Origin: Squalus acanthias
Taxonomy: Eukaryota
Length of the DNA stretch: 64,000 bases
Reading direction: 5' to 3'
Assembly (NCBI GenBank): GCA_030390025.1
Contig: CM059433.1
Span: 4,402,001-4,466,000, forward strand
The translations under genes and the position numbers were made by a program. Position 1 is the first letter of the stretch; the number at the start of each line of letters is the position of its first letter. Positions 12,853 to 25,050 of the stretch are shown here, in pieces. Under the pieces are notes generated by a model. It saw nothing but the letters and a program-made list of their open reading frames with translations, did not search any database and was not told the origin of the DNA.

Positions 12853-14490
12853 TAGATGAATTTTAACGCAGAGAAGTGTAAAGTAATTCATTTTGGCAGT
12901 AAGAATGGGGACAGGCAATATAAACTAAATGGTACAATTTTAGAGAGGGGGGGGGGGGTTGCAGGAACAGAGACCTGGGGGTGTACATACACAAATTTTG
13001 AAGGTGGCGGGACAAGTTTAGAAGGCTGTTAAAAAGCCATACAGGAACCTTGACTTTATAAATAGAGGCTGTGGGCTGGATTTTGATACTGGGGACGGGA
13101 TGGAGGCGGGACTCCCACTTTTTGGGTTGTAGTCCCGCCTCCATCGACTTGTGGCCAACCCACTGTATTTTCACTTGATTGACCTTGTTGAGCCCGCCCA
13201 GCGAGCTCAGCAGGCCAATTAAGGGCCACCCGGCAACAGGTGACATCACAGATTGATATTTCATCCGTCAAGAGCTTTTGACAGATGAAATATCAGCGTT
13301 TGACAGCTCTGTGAAGCTTTCAAACACTGACAATCTGTCTTCTAACTTGAGTCCTTCCTCTCAGGCTGAGTTAGAAATCATTCCAGCACAGAAAACAGAG
13401 GCTGCAGTTTTTGACAGCACCACGGCCATTCTGCTTTCTGTGCCGGTAAGATTTCTGACTCTCGAGACCTGAAGGGCTGACACCTGCAGGAGGAAGTTAA
13501 GGTAAGTAAAACTTTTTTCCACACTTTACACTTACCTTACACACTTACCTCTGCACACATGCACCCATCACTCACCTGCCCACCGGACATATCAACCCCT
13601 CCAACCCCTGCAGACCCTCGCTGAAACGGCGTGGTTGGGACCTGTCAGGAAGCCCACATTTCAGGCATAAAAATAGGGATTAGGCAAAAAACTGCCTGTT
13701 AACTACCTGTTAACAGGCAGTTTATTGTCACTAATCCCCTTCACGCCTCGGGGAGGCGGGTCCCAGCACAGGTCGGGTACCCGCCTCCAGCGAAACTGGC
13801 ATGGAGGCGGGATGGGTTCGGGACCCCCGAATCTGCAACTTTAATCCCCCACACGCCTCCAAACCCGACTCCACGGGTCAATGAAAATCCAGCCCATGGA
13901 GTTCAAAGCAAGAAAGTTATGATGAACCTTTATAAAACAGTGGCTAGACCCCAGCTGGAGTATTGTGGCCAATTCTGGGCACCACACTTCAGGAAGGAAG
14001 TCAAAGCCTTGGAGAGGGTGCAGAGGAAATTTACTAGAGTGGCACCAGGGGATGTGGGATTTCAGATATGTGGAGAGACTGGAGAAGCTGGGATTGTTCT
14101 CCTTACAGCAGAGAAGGTTAAGGAGAGATTTGATAGAGGTGCTCAAAATCATGAGGAGAAACTGTTCCCACTGGCAGGAGGGTCAGTAACCAGAGAACAC
14201 TGATTTAAGGCAATTGGCAAAAGAGCCAGAGGCGACATGAGGAAAAAAAGGTTTTAGGCAGCGAGTTATGATGATCTGGAATTCACTGCATGAAAGGGCG
14301 TGGTAACTTCAATGGTAACTTTCAAAAGGGAATTTAATAAATCCTTGAAGGGGAAAAGCGTGCAGGGCTATAGGGAAAGAGCAGGGGGGTGGGACTAATT
14401 GGAGAGCTCTTTCAAAGAGCCGGCACAGGCACGATGGGAAGAATGACCTCCTTCTGTACTGAATCATCCTGTGATTCTACGATTCTATGT
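12853..14490 (+). mobile_element. CR1 LINE 3' part, split by a MITE
   Basis: RT C-terminal peptides in ORFs 13919-14203 and 13965-14189; tail GATTCTACGATTCTA at ~14480. Confidence 0.85.
13073..13895. mobile_element. Non-autonomous DNA transposon (Harbinger-like MITE)
   Basis: 12-bp perfect TIR GGGCTGGATTTT; interrupts CR1 at AAATAGAGGC^...GAGTTCAAAGC. Confidence 0.75.
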
Positions 14491-14984
14491 AAATCCACAG
14501 CAGCTTTCCAAGAGCACTATTGTTTTTGAGGGGTTTTTTACATTTTAGGAATTGTATGATAGAATGATTAACTCTGATAGCGCCCCCCCTTGTCTTACTC
14601 AGTCTTGGTTCAGGAGGCACCAACCCTTTGTCTTGGACCTATTCCCATTATGGTTGAGGACTTGGTTTGATGTTGCGAAGGCTGGAATCGTTTCATCACC
14701 GTACAGCTGCTCTCTCTGGTCAATTGAGGCAATGCCATTTAATCCAAGCAGGGAGCGAGGGCCAGTGTCTTGGTAGGACTTATACAACAAAACCGAGGCA
14801 GGACACGAGTACACAGGCCTTGTTTGCTTTTAATTTTGTTCTGTGTTTGGTTTTGGTGCATACAGCAACTGTCAGGATTCAACCAACAGCACAAATCAAA
14901 AAGAATACAAAATGAATTGGGATGTTCAGTTCCAGTCCTGGCGTATTGACTGACCCCAGATCACTGCACATCGTCTGTGCACAG

Positions 14985-15625
14985 CTGAAAAATGCCGGCA
15001 GCCTTTTGATAGTGTTTCAATGGCAGGAGCCTTCTGTACATCCTCCCCTTCCTTCATCTCACTGCTGGTGGCAAAGCCTTGTAGCTGACTCGGCCTCACT
15101 CTCTGAAATTCCCTGCATTTCGCCGCTTCTCTCCCCATCTTTAAAAGCCTTCTTAAAGCCAATCTTTTCAAATAAATTTTCGATCTCCCACCGTGACATA
15201 GGATTACATTGGATATACGGCACAGAAACAGGCCAGTCGGCCCAACCAGTCCATGCCGGCGTTTATGCTCCACACGAGCCTCCTCCAGTCTTTCCTCATC
15301 TAAATCTATCAGCGTAACCCTTTATTCCCTTCTCCCTCATATGCTTGTCTAACCTCCCCTTAAATGCATCTAAACTATTCGCCTCAACCACTCCCTGTGG
15401 TAGCGAGTTCCACATTCTCACCATTCTTTGGGTAAAGAAGTTTCTTCTGAATTCCCTATTGGATTTCTTGGTGACTATCTTATATTGACGGCCTCTAGTT
15501 ATGCTCTTCCCCACAAGTGGAAACATTCTCTCTGTATCTGTTGTCTTTTTTATTTTTTTCCCCCTCTCTAAAGCGCCTTAGAACATTTTTCTGCATTAAA
15601 GGCGCTCTATAAATGTAAGTTGCTT
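14985..15625 (+). mobile_element. L2 3' end split by a CR1 tail
   Basis: L2-type 3' sequence at 14985-15195, with tail AAAGCGCCTTAG...AAAGGCGCTCTATAAATGTAAGTTG resuming at ~15570. Confidence 0.6.
15197..15538 (-). mobile_element. CR1 3' end
   Basis: ORF 15296-15526 MFPLVGKSITRG...FFTQRMVRMWNSLP; closely similar to the plus-strand copy at ~33390-33695. Confidence 0.9.
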
Positions 15626-17501
15626 TTATCATACTTTGCCGTTCACTCTCTCTTCTAGATATGTCAGCATACGACATGCAGATCCCTCGCTTATGCAGTG
15701 CATTGCACGGTAGAAGGTTTCAAGCCCAAGTGATCGCTGCTGTAACTGCTACGTTCATTGACGTTTCTTCCCATTAACGCTAATCTGTTCTGTGTAAACT
15801 CTCCACGTAAAATGGTACTGTAAATTTGGAAAGCCGTCCTGTTGAAATTACATTCAATTTTAAAAACAACAGAAATTTGGAAGGAAAAGCATTGCAAAAG
15901 GATTCAGTCGAGAATCCTTTCTATTCTGAGTAACTGATTCTAAAACTGACTGCATTAGGCTGTATTTACGCTGCAACGATGGATTCAGTGGAGGAGGACA
16001 TCTCACTTCACACCCAAGTCAAGCCAGGCCCCGACTCCAAACACTAGTTCAGTTCGAAGCAAAGCCAGAAATAAGACTATAGCTGTAGTGTAGATTCAGT
16101 GCATGAAAAGAAATGCTTTGATGGCACTGGCAGATGAAGAAATCTAACCTCGGAGCTGCTCACCTATGCCTCTACGACTCTATGAAAACCAATGATGAGC
16201 CACCTTTATTCATTTCTACAACATATTTACAAAATTCAGTCAGAACTATTGCAAGGATTTTGTCATCCTGAACAGCACATTCAAATCTCTTATTTTGAGT
16301 ATTAATCGGTCAGTATAAACCCTCACTTTGAAAGGAAGCCGATTTTTGCTTAAGAAATAATGAGGAATTAATCTAATAATAAAAAAAATGTAAATCATGA
16401 TTGGTTGAGTCCTTGTGCATTTCCAGATATGAATCAAGAGTCGCAAGGTGAAACAGTACAGTGTACAATACGCTGAGAGTTTTAAAGATGGCTACATCTC
16501 ACACCTGTACAGTTTCACTAGCACATCATACCCGTGCTTCATGTTGCATCTCAGTAATAATTTAAATGACCTAGGACTACAGCAGGTGTATTTTCTTTAT
16601 TGAGAAACCTTCAGGAAGGACCAAAGCCCAAAAGAGTCGGACACCACTACATCAGTAAATAGTGATTAGAAGATGCCAAGCTTGGGTTTTAAGACTGTAG
16701 AAGGAAAGAGAGGCAAGAAATTCCACAGCAGGAGAGAGTGCAGCAAGTCTTCAGCATAGTACGTATGCAGGGTGATATAGGATTGTGTATTTACAATTTA
16801 GGAACAATAAGAGCCAAGCTATTATAAGTACTGACCATAGCAGTTTCCATAGAAGAGACAGACATGAAAGTTGAGGTGGGGGGGGGGGGGGGGGCTGGGA
16901 GGTGTTGAAAGAGATTGTTCAGAGGGCAAACCTCTCCTTTCATTCTGTGCAGGAGTACAAAGGATGCACTAGAATAGCCTCCCCAGATATGGGAGAGAAC
17001 AAGTGTAATTTTACCGAAGGTTAAGAGTTGTTGATGGGAAAATGTTTGGTACGAAAGAGGAAGCCAAGTTTCTAGGTAAGACTTCAGCAATGGAGGAGAT
17101 GTGGAACTTCCATTTGAGATTGCCAATACAATTTGGAATGTGGCTTAGTCTGAAAATATCTAGAAACAGATTGATCATCCCATTAAACGTAATATCACAC
17201 AGTTACTGTCAACAGTGGCGCATTACTACAGTAAATCAATACTGACAAGTGGATCTCTTACGGAATTTCTCATGTGAGTTGGAGGATTATGCGGTTTTAG
17301 AATTTGGCCTGCTAAGCCCTAAACATACTGGGGCTGCCGTTGGTTGTTTGAAGGAGCAGGTGTGTTTCTTTGCACATGCATTGGAACTGTGTACACATGC
17401 CGACTTCTGGAAATTGCTGCATCCGAGATAAACTCCGGCTAATGTGCCTTTTGCCTTGAGGCGATTACACCGAGCCTCTGGATATGGATATTGGGGGAGG
17501 G

Positions 17502-17666
17502 TGTGGTAACACAATACAACTTCCTGTGATTAGTCCAGGATAAATACTGGACTGATCAGTTGGATCCTGGAGAGGCATAGAGTAAGACCTCTTTTGTATG
17601 TAGCACCTTTTTAGTTGATTAAAGCTTACTTTAAGTTCACCACGCGTAAGGCTCATTCTTACGACA
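17502..17666 (+). repeat. 5' LTR (165 bp)
   Basis: TGTGGTAAC...TTACGACA; ATTAAA polyA-like signal at 17618-17623. Confidence 0.95.
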
Positions 17667-17744
17667 ATTTAATCAACTTTGAAAAACTTCGCACTCAAAC
17701 TTTTTGGACGAACTCGGAACTAAGGATCCAGGGAATCACCCATC

Positions 17745-20700
17745 ATGGAAAACATCCTTAAACCATCGCGTCTTGACTTGGACCCAAACACCCCAGCAGC
17801 CGGTAAGGTGTGGAAACACTGGTATCGCACGTTTGACAATTTTCTTGAATACTGCAAGGCTGATGATGACTCAAAGTTGCGGATACTCATCAACTGTGTC
17901 ACCCCGAATGTATTTCAGTATGTGGAGGAATGGGACAGTTATGAGGAGGCAATTCGGACGCTTAAGAGACTATATACTAAGACACCGAATGAGGTCTATG
18001 CCAGACATCTACTAGCTACAGCCCAACAAGGGCCGGAGGAATCCATTGATAAATTCCTCCAAGAGCTTCGCAGACTTAGTATGGACTGTAACTTTCAGGC
18101 AGCCTCAGCTGAGCTGTACCGTGAAGAAATGATCCGTGATGCTTTCATCTGCGGGCTTGCCTCCCCCTTTATACGCCAGCGTCTACTGGAAAGTAAGACA
18201 CTTGAGCTTCAGAGAGCTTATGACATGGCTTGCTCTCTAGATCTGGCAAAAAGAAATGCAGACCTTTATACAGTGCCCAGACCTCGGTCTGCTGCCTTAA
18301 CTACAGTCAGGCAATTTAAGAGGCCACAGGTGAACTCTATTAGGGAGGTCTTTATCCCTGACGATCAATCTGATGACTTCACTGATGAAGAGGATGATGA
18401 CCCCACTGTGGCAGCCTCTTGGCAATCTAAGAAATGCTTCTTTTGTGGTGATGAGTTTCACCCTCGGAAATTCTGCCCTGCTCACAATGCGTTTTGCAGT
18501 CATTGCAACAAAAAGGGTCATTTTGCAAAGGTTTGCCTATCTAGAGCCTCTACGAGGGCTTATCAAGCTAAGTCCTACCGAACTGCCCCGGTAAGGGCCT
18601 ATCAAGATGTTCCAGCTAACATCTATCGTGCTTCCTCTCGGGTTTCCTCTCGAAGAAACACACCTAGAGTTTCAGCCACACTTTGTGCAACGACACCAAT
18701 TACAGCTGCTTGTCCTCAGAACCTATTCCATGCAGCTACAAAAGCATCAATTAATGGACATACTTTAGATGCCTTAATTGACTCAGGTAGCACTGATAGT
18801 TTCATTAGGGAACAGATTGTTGCAGAGTTAAAGCTACATGTTTTCCCATCGGACCAGGCAGTTGCGATGGCTCAGTCATCACTTAATACCAGAATTTCTG
18901 GCTTTTGTATGGTTGAAATAACACTTAATGGTCACAGGTATCCCTCCACCCGGCTTTCGGTGCTCAAGGATTTATGTAGTGATCTTATCTTAGGGCTGGA
19001 TTTTCAAAAGCAGCATAAGAAGCTCACCATTGAGTTCGGCGGATCCAAACCTGAACTCACTATTTCGAATATACGACCTCGATTACTGTTCTGTGCATTG
19101 TCAGCAGCTTCACTGGATGAACCCTCATTGTTTACCAGTATCCCTCCTCGATGCAAACCGATTATAACAAAGTCACGACGTTTCAGTCAGGAAGACCAGT
19201 CTTTTATTGCGGCTGAGATTTCTCGGCTTTTAGCAGAGGATATCATCGAGCCTTGTTCGTCGCCATGGCGCGCCCAGGTCGTTATTGTTAAGAACCCTCT
19301 ACAACCTCACAAGAAACGGCTGTGCATTGACTATTCACAGACCATCAATCAATATACGGACTTGGACGCATACCCATTGCCGCGCATCGATGATATGGTT
19401 AATAAACTGGCTGAGTACACGGTGTTCTCAACATATGATCTGAAAAGTGCCTATCATCAGGTACCCTTGAAGGTCTCAGACAAGCAGTATACGGCCTTTG
19501 AAGCCAATGGACGGCTGTATCAATTTCGTCGCCTCCCCTTTGGGGTCACTAATGGAGTGGCTGTCTTCCAGCGAGCAATGGATGACCTGGTCAAACAGGA
19601 AGACTTGAAGGATACGTTTCCTTATCTGGACAATATTACTGTCGCAGGTCGCAATCAGCGGGAACATGACTCCAATCTCCAACGATTTTGGGATGCACTC
19701 CAGCACCGTAATTTGACATTAAATGCGGCTAAATCCATTGAGTCACAACCAACCATCAACATCCTTGGCTATTGTGTGGGCAATGGCATCATTAAACCTG
19801 ACCCTGAAAGGCTTCGCCCACTCCAAGAACTCCCGCCACCTAAGAATCCGGCCTCCTTGCGCCGGGCCCTCGGCCTGTTTGCATACTATGCTAAATGGAT
19901 TCCTAACTTCTCGGACCGAATCCAACCTCTACTGAAGGCCAGCACATTCCCACTAGACACAGCGGCTGTTGCAGCCTTTAACCTCCTGAAAAAACAGTTG
20001 GAGAAAGCGGCTCTTCACTCCATCGATGAGAGTCTTCCTTTTGTTGTGGAGTGTGATGCCTCGGAGGTGGCGATCTCGGCCACTCTGAATCAGGAAGGTC
20101 GTCCGGTGGCATTTTTGTCCAGGACTTTTCAAGGGGCTGAGCTACATTATCCTCCAGTCGAGAAAGAAGCTACAGCCATCATAGAGGCAGTACGGAAATG
20201 GAGTCATTTCCTAGCTCGCCAGCACTTTACCTTAATCACGGACCAGCGATCGGTCGCCTTCATGCTCGATAATCGAAAACGGACCAAAATTAAAAATAAT
20301 AAAATCCAGCTTTGGCGGCTGGAATTGGCCTCTTTTGGTTACACCATCCACTATTGACCTGGCAAGGAGAATGTGGCTCCGGATACCCTCACACGAGCAT
20401 TCTGCTCCACCATGGCACCCTCTACGCTCGTAGACATCCATAATGGGTTGTGTCATCCGGGCGTTACTCGCATGCTACACTTCGTGCGGTCCCGAAATCT
20501 CCCATTCTCTACCGGGGATGTAAAGAAGATGTGCTCGGACTGCAGAGTCTGTGCGGAATTGAAACCTCAGTTTTTCCGCCCCTCGGGTGGTATACTCATA
20601 CATGCGACCCAGCCAATGCAACGGCTTAGCATCGATTTTAAGGGGCCGTTGCCCTCTTCAACTCGCAACACTTATCTGTTGACCATGGTCGATGAGTATT

Positions 20701-21701
20701 CCCGTTTTCCGTTTGCCTTTCCCTGCCCCAATATGCTGACGACCACGGTTATCAGCTGCCTTGAGCAGGTTTTTGCTTTCTGTGGCATGGCATCCTATGT
20801 TCATTCGGATCGGGGCCCTTCTTTTATGTCAGGAGAACTCAAGGCCTATCTCTCGGAACGGGGTATTGCTGCCAGCAGAACGACGCCTTATCATCCGGTC
20901 GGGAATGGGCAAGTCGAGCGTTTTAACGCTATCATCTGGAATGCGGTACGTCTGGCTTTGAGATCTCGGGGCCTACCCAACCAGCAATGGGAAGCAGTAC
21001 TTCCAGACGCATTACACTCCACACGGTCCCTCCTTTCGACCGCCACAAAGACGACGCCTCATGAACGGTTCTTCCGATTTCAGCGTCGCTCATCCTATGG
21101 GATATCTCTCCCATCGTGGCTGACTACACCGGGACCAGTGCTACTCCGAAGATATGTCCGGGCGTCTAAGAATGACCCCCTGGTAGATGAAGTTGAGCTC
21201 ACTGACGTCAACCCTACCTACGCCTATATTCGGTATCCTGACGGTCGGGAATCTACCGTGTCATTGCGGGATCTGGCTCCCTGCCCGCCGAAACATAGAG
21301 GGACACCAGGGGATGATATTGTACCAGGCACATCTCTGGGCTCGCCAGGTGCCTCTCATCACGATCTGGATCTGACGCCGGCTGGTACCTCACTCCAGCG
21401 TGCCGACCTGGGGCAGACTGACTATGAGCCCGTCGGGGCTCGCACACGCAGCCACGATCCACCCCGTACCGTACGCTCGGAAACGGATCTGCCACAGCCC
21501 TGCCCGACACCCGTTCGGGCACCAGTACACAGTCAGGATCGTCCTGACCCCTCACAGAGCGGGCTGGATCACTCGGACTCTGGTCCACGGCCCGCGGCGG
21601 GTAAACGGGCTAGGGGCCCTCTACCGCTACGAGAACCCAAACGGGTGCGGCTCTCCCTCGTCCAACGGCTACGAAATGGAGGGAGCATCCCGGCCTCCTA
21701 A
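17745..21701 (+). pseudogene. Single-frame Gag-Pol polyprotein with one in-frame stop (TGA 20355-20357)
   Basis: ORFs 17745-20357 and 20373-21701 share a frame. Two CCHC knuckles (CFFCGDEFHPRKFC, CSHCNKKGHFAKVC), protease LIDSGS, RT (LPFG, YLDN), RNase H (CDAS, EKEA, TDQ), integrase HHCC and D,D-E (SIDFKG, SDRG, VERFN). Confidence 0.93.
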
Positions 21702-21719
21702 TCTTTTGGGGGGGGAGAA

Positions 21720-21884
21720 TGTGGTAACACAATACAACTTCCTGTGATTAGTCCAGGATAAATACTGGACTGATCAGTTGGATCCTGGAGAGGCATAGAG
21801 TAAGACCTCTTTTGTATGTAGCACCTTTTTAGTTGATTAAAGCTTACTTTAAGTTCACCACGCGTAAGGCTCATTCTTACGACA
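21720..21884 (+). repeat. 3' LTR (165 bp)
   Basis: Identical by eye to 17502-17666; preceded by the PPT and followed by the TSD. Confidence 0.95.
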
Positions 21885-23494
21885 GAGGGTGTACCTGGAG
21901 TTCAGGACATTTTAGAGATACAGCAGAGTGCATCACACGGTGCAGAAGAGGCAGCTGTTGAAAAGTAGGCAAGTCTCAGATTTTTGTTCTTGAATTATTA
22001 AATATTTGTGTGATTAAGTATTTTTAGGGGTAGATAGCGAGGTGGGCAAGAAACTGTCATGGTGACTGTGTAATCACAGAAATGGTATTTGATAAGATGT
22101 GTTAGCATCAATAACACTAGACATGGTTCTAGGATCATGTTAAGAGGAAACCTCATAATGAAGCTCAAAGTTGAATCATATCCCCTCTGTTATGCAGTCT
22201 TGCAATGGACAAAGTAATCAGATCAGAGACAGGTCACCCAGAAGAAGTCATACCAGTCACTGCGCTTCAAAGTTAAATCACCAGATGAAAGATTTTCATA
22301 CGTTACAACACGAAGCATTATATAACAAGGAATTACATCAGAGAATAAAGTAAACATATCGATTTTACAGAGGATAAGTGCTCTAGTGCGAATGCATCAC
22401 AGAAATCGATACCACAAGGGTCAACAGTGACGCCAAAGGTCTTGGTTTATTTGACGACCAATAGAAAACCACGGTGATGACAATTAGAAACACAGAAAAA
22501 AAACACTTTCTATGGGACACGCAGCAAGAATTGGAGAAGTTGCACAAGAACCTACAGAAATAGTTTCATAGATCAGTTGGTATACAGGAGTACGACTGCA
22601 ATCTTAAAGGTAACTGAACAACATCTGGAGGAAGTGCAGTATTAGCAGTCACCAAAGATCAATGATTGAAGGCACTGTCCTTCCAGGGTCACTTTGTACC
22701 AGTCAGACCTGGCAGTTATCCAAGGTACTTTAAAAGCAATCAAATGGACTAATGATGGGAGTTATTAAGGAAACTCTTAAAAGTTCGACGGATGATAAGA
22801 TTAAGTACTAAATAAGTGTTCCACAACAGATTTCTTTTTTACCCAGTGACAGAGGTTTTGTTCAGAAGAGTTCAGCCATGTGAAACAAATGGAATAGCCA
22901 TCTAAAAGAATGCCAACAGCAAGTTGGAAAGGGGAAAAGTAAGGCACAGGAGGTGGGTGACCTAATGCTAGAACTCAATACTCTCCAAAGTGTAAAGCCA
23001 CCTTTTCAATCCCGAGTCTCCCCTGAACAGCAGTCCATCTGAAGCTGGGACTGACATCTTTTAAATTCAGTCTGCTACCTGACTGAAAACCGAATGCAAA
23101 AGGAGGATTGTTTGGCTCTAAGGATTACGGTATTTGTTAACCATGGATTTGAAAGAACCTTAGCAGTGGAAGAACTAAAGGTGACGTAAGAAAACTACTG
23201 GGCACTTGGTCTAAGCGTTAAACAAAGCTTTAATCAACTGTTTTACAACATGGAGATCTAGTTGTGTCCTTCACAAGTTCCTGTTAAGAATGTCCTGCGC
23301 AAGCTGGGCCCGTGCCCGAGTATTTATACTCTCCCTGGACAGCGCCACCCGCAGGCCACTCAGTATTATTTCATAAGTCATTTCCACATGAATGACAGAT
23401 TCATGCCATTAGGTATATTTAACATTCGGTGGAGCCTGGAGACACAGGCAGTGGATTAGTTTCGGCAATGTAAGATAAAGTGCAGCTGAAACAT

Positions 23495-24940
23495 TGGGGG
23501 TAATTTTAACCCCCAAAAACGAGTGGGAGGTTAAAATGTTGAAAATCTGAAATAGGAACCCAACCTGCCGCGAACCCGCCCACTTCCAGCTTTAACCAAT
23601 TTTAAAATTCTCATCCTTGCTTTCAAATCCCTCCAGGGCCTCGCCCCTCCCTATCTCTGTAACCTCCTCCAGCCCCACAACCCTCCGAAATCTCTGTGCT
23701 CCAATTCTGGCCTCTTGAGCCTCCCCGATTTTAATCGCTCCACCACTGGCGGCCGTGCCTTCAGCTGCCTGGGCCCTAAGCTCTGGAAGTCCCTCCCTAA
23801 ACCTCTCTTTCCTCCTTTAAAACACACCTTAAAACCTACCTCTTCTGCCCAATCTCGTGGCTCCGTGTCAAATTTTGTTTTTTGACACTTTTGTGAAGCG
23901 CCTTACATAAGAACATAAGAAATAGGAGCAGGAATAGGCCACTTGGCCCCTCGAGCCTGCTCCGCCATTCAATAAGATCATGGCTGATCTCGGGCTCAAA
24001 GCCACTTCCCCGCCCCCTCCCCATAACCCTTCACTCCCTTATCTTGTAAAAATCTGTCTATCTCCACCTTAAATGTATTTAATGACCCAGCCTCCACAGC
24101 TCTCTGGGGCAGAGAATTCCACAGATTTACGACCCTCTGAGAGAAGAAATTCCTCCTCGTATCAGTTCTAAAAGGGCGACCCTTTATTCTGAAACTATGC
24201 CCCCGAGTTCTAGATTTCCCCACGAGGGGAAACATCCTCTCTGCATCTACCTTGTTGAGCCCCCTCAGTATCTTATATGTTTCAATAAGATCACCTCTCA
24301 TTCTTCTAAACTCCAATGAGTATAGGCCCAACCCTGAGACATTTCACTACATTAAAGGCGCTATACAAATACAAGTTGTTATTGTTGACTGAGGCAAGAC
24401 GAGGGGCAGGCAACCAATACGCTCTCAGGAGGCGGGTCGGCCATTCAAACCCTTTAAAAGGAGGCTGCGTGCCTCCATTTTTACAGGGTTTCTATTATTA
24501 AACACATGTTGGCCAAGTTTCCCTGGCTTCGGGAAACCCGGCAGGTAAAAAGAGGCAAGAAGGGCCAGATCCATTAGGCTAAATGCCTTTACAGCATTCT
24601 TTGTGGGCCAGGAGGAGCAGGAGTGTTTCCTCCAGACCCTGTAAACATCCCACTCCCGCACCCCCCACCTCCACGATCTCTGATCCCCCCCACGAGCACA
24701 TCCCCACCAACCATGCTCTACAACACCCGCCCCCCAACCACCCCCGCCATCTCTACCCCAACAACCACAAAACTTATCTGATCAGCTGCTGCGGCCTTTT
24801 CTGGAGAACTTCCTCACCCGACAGGCAGCCAAGCCTGTCAATCAGGTTTCCACGGCAGTCGGGGAAACCCATACCTCCGGGTTTCCCGACCATAACTCCA
24901 CCCCCTCGCTCCGAAACCCCGTCCCAGTGAATATTGGGGT
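23495..24940. mobile_element. Nested cluster: GC-rich MITE pieces containing an L2 3' end (+, ~23620-24385), itself split by a CR1 tail (-, 23906-24331)
   Basis: ORF 23996-24331 is CR1 C-terminus; L2 tail AAAGCGCCTT|...ATTAAAGGCGCTATACAAAT flanks it; outer pieces resemble ~48930-49042 and ~54100-54505. Confidence 0.7.
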
Positions 24941-25050
24941 CATACTTTCTAAGACTATATGAATAAGGTCCTTTAATAGGCAGCACACATTTAATCATAA
25001 TGTCAGCCCTGGCTCAGTCAGTAGCACTATCGCCTCGGAGTCAGAAGGTT

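Larger units (their letters stand above)
17502..21884 (+). mobile_element. Full-length young Gypsy/Ty3 LTR retrotransposon in a LPIN1 intron, antisense to the host gene
   Basis: Two 165-bp TG...CA LTRs, identical by eye; 5-bp TSD GAGGG (17497-17501, 21885-21889); polypurine tract GGGGGGGGAGAA at 21708-21719; gag-PR-RT-RH-IN domain order. Confidence 0.97.

Noticed and set aside
20355..20372. Programmed readthrough or a separate integrase ORF at the TGA
   Set aside because: The stop lies inside the conserved RNase H C-terminal motif where Arg (CGA) is expected; CpG mutation is more parsimonious.
16790..23260. Very old LINE-like remnants flanking the Gypsy insertion (e.g. EEAKFLG, LEDYAVLEFG)
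   Set aside because: Too degenerate to assign boundaries or family by eye.
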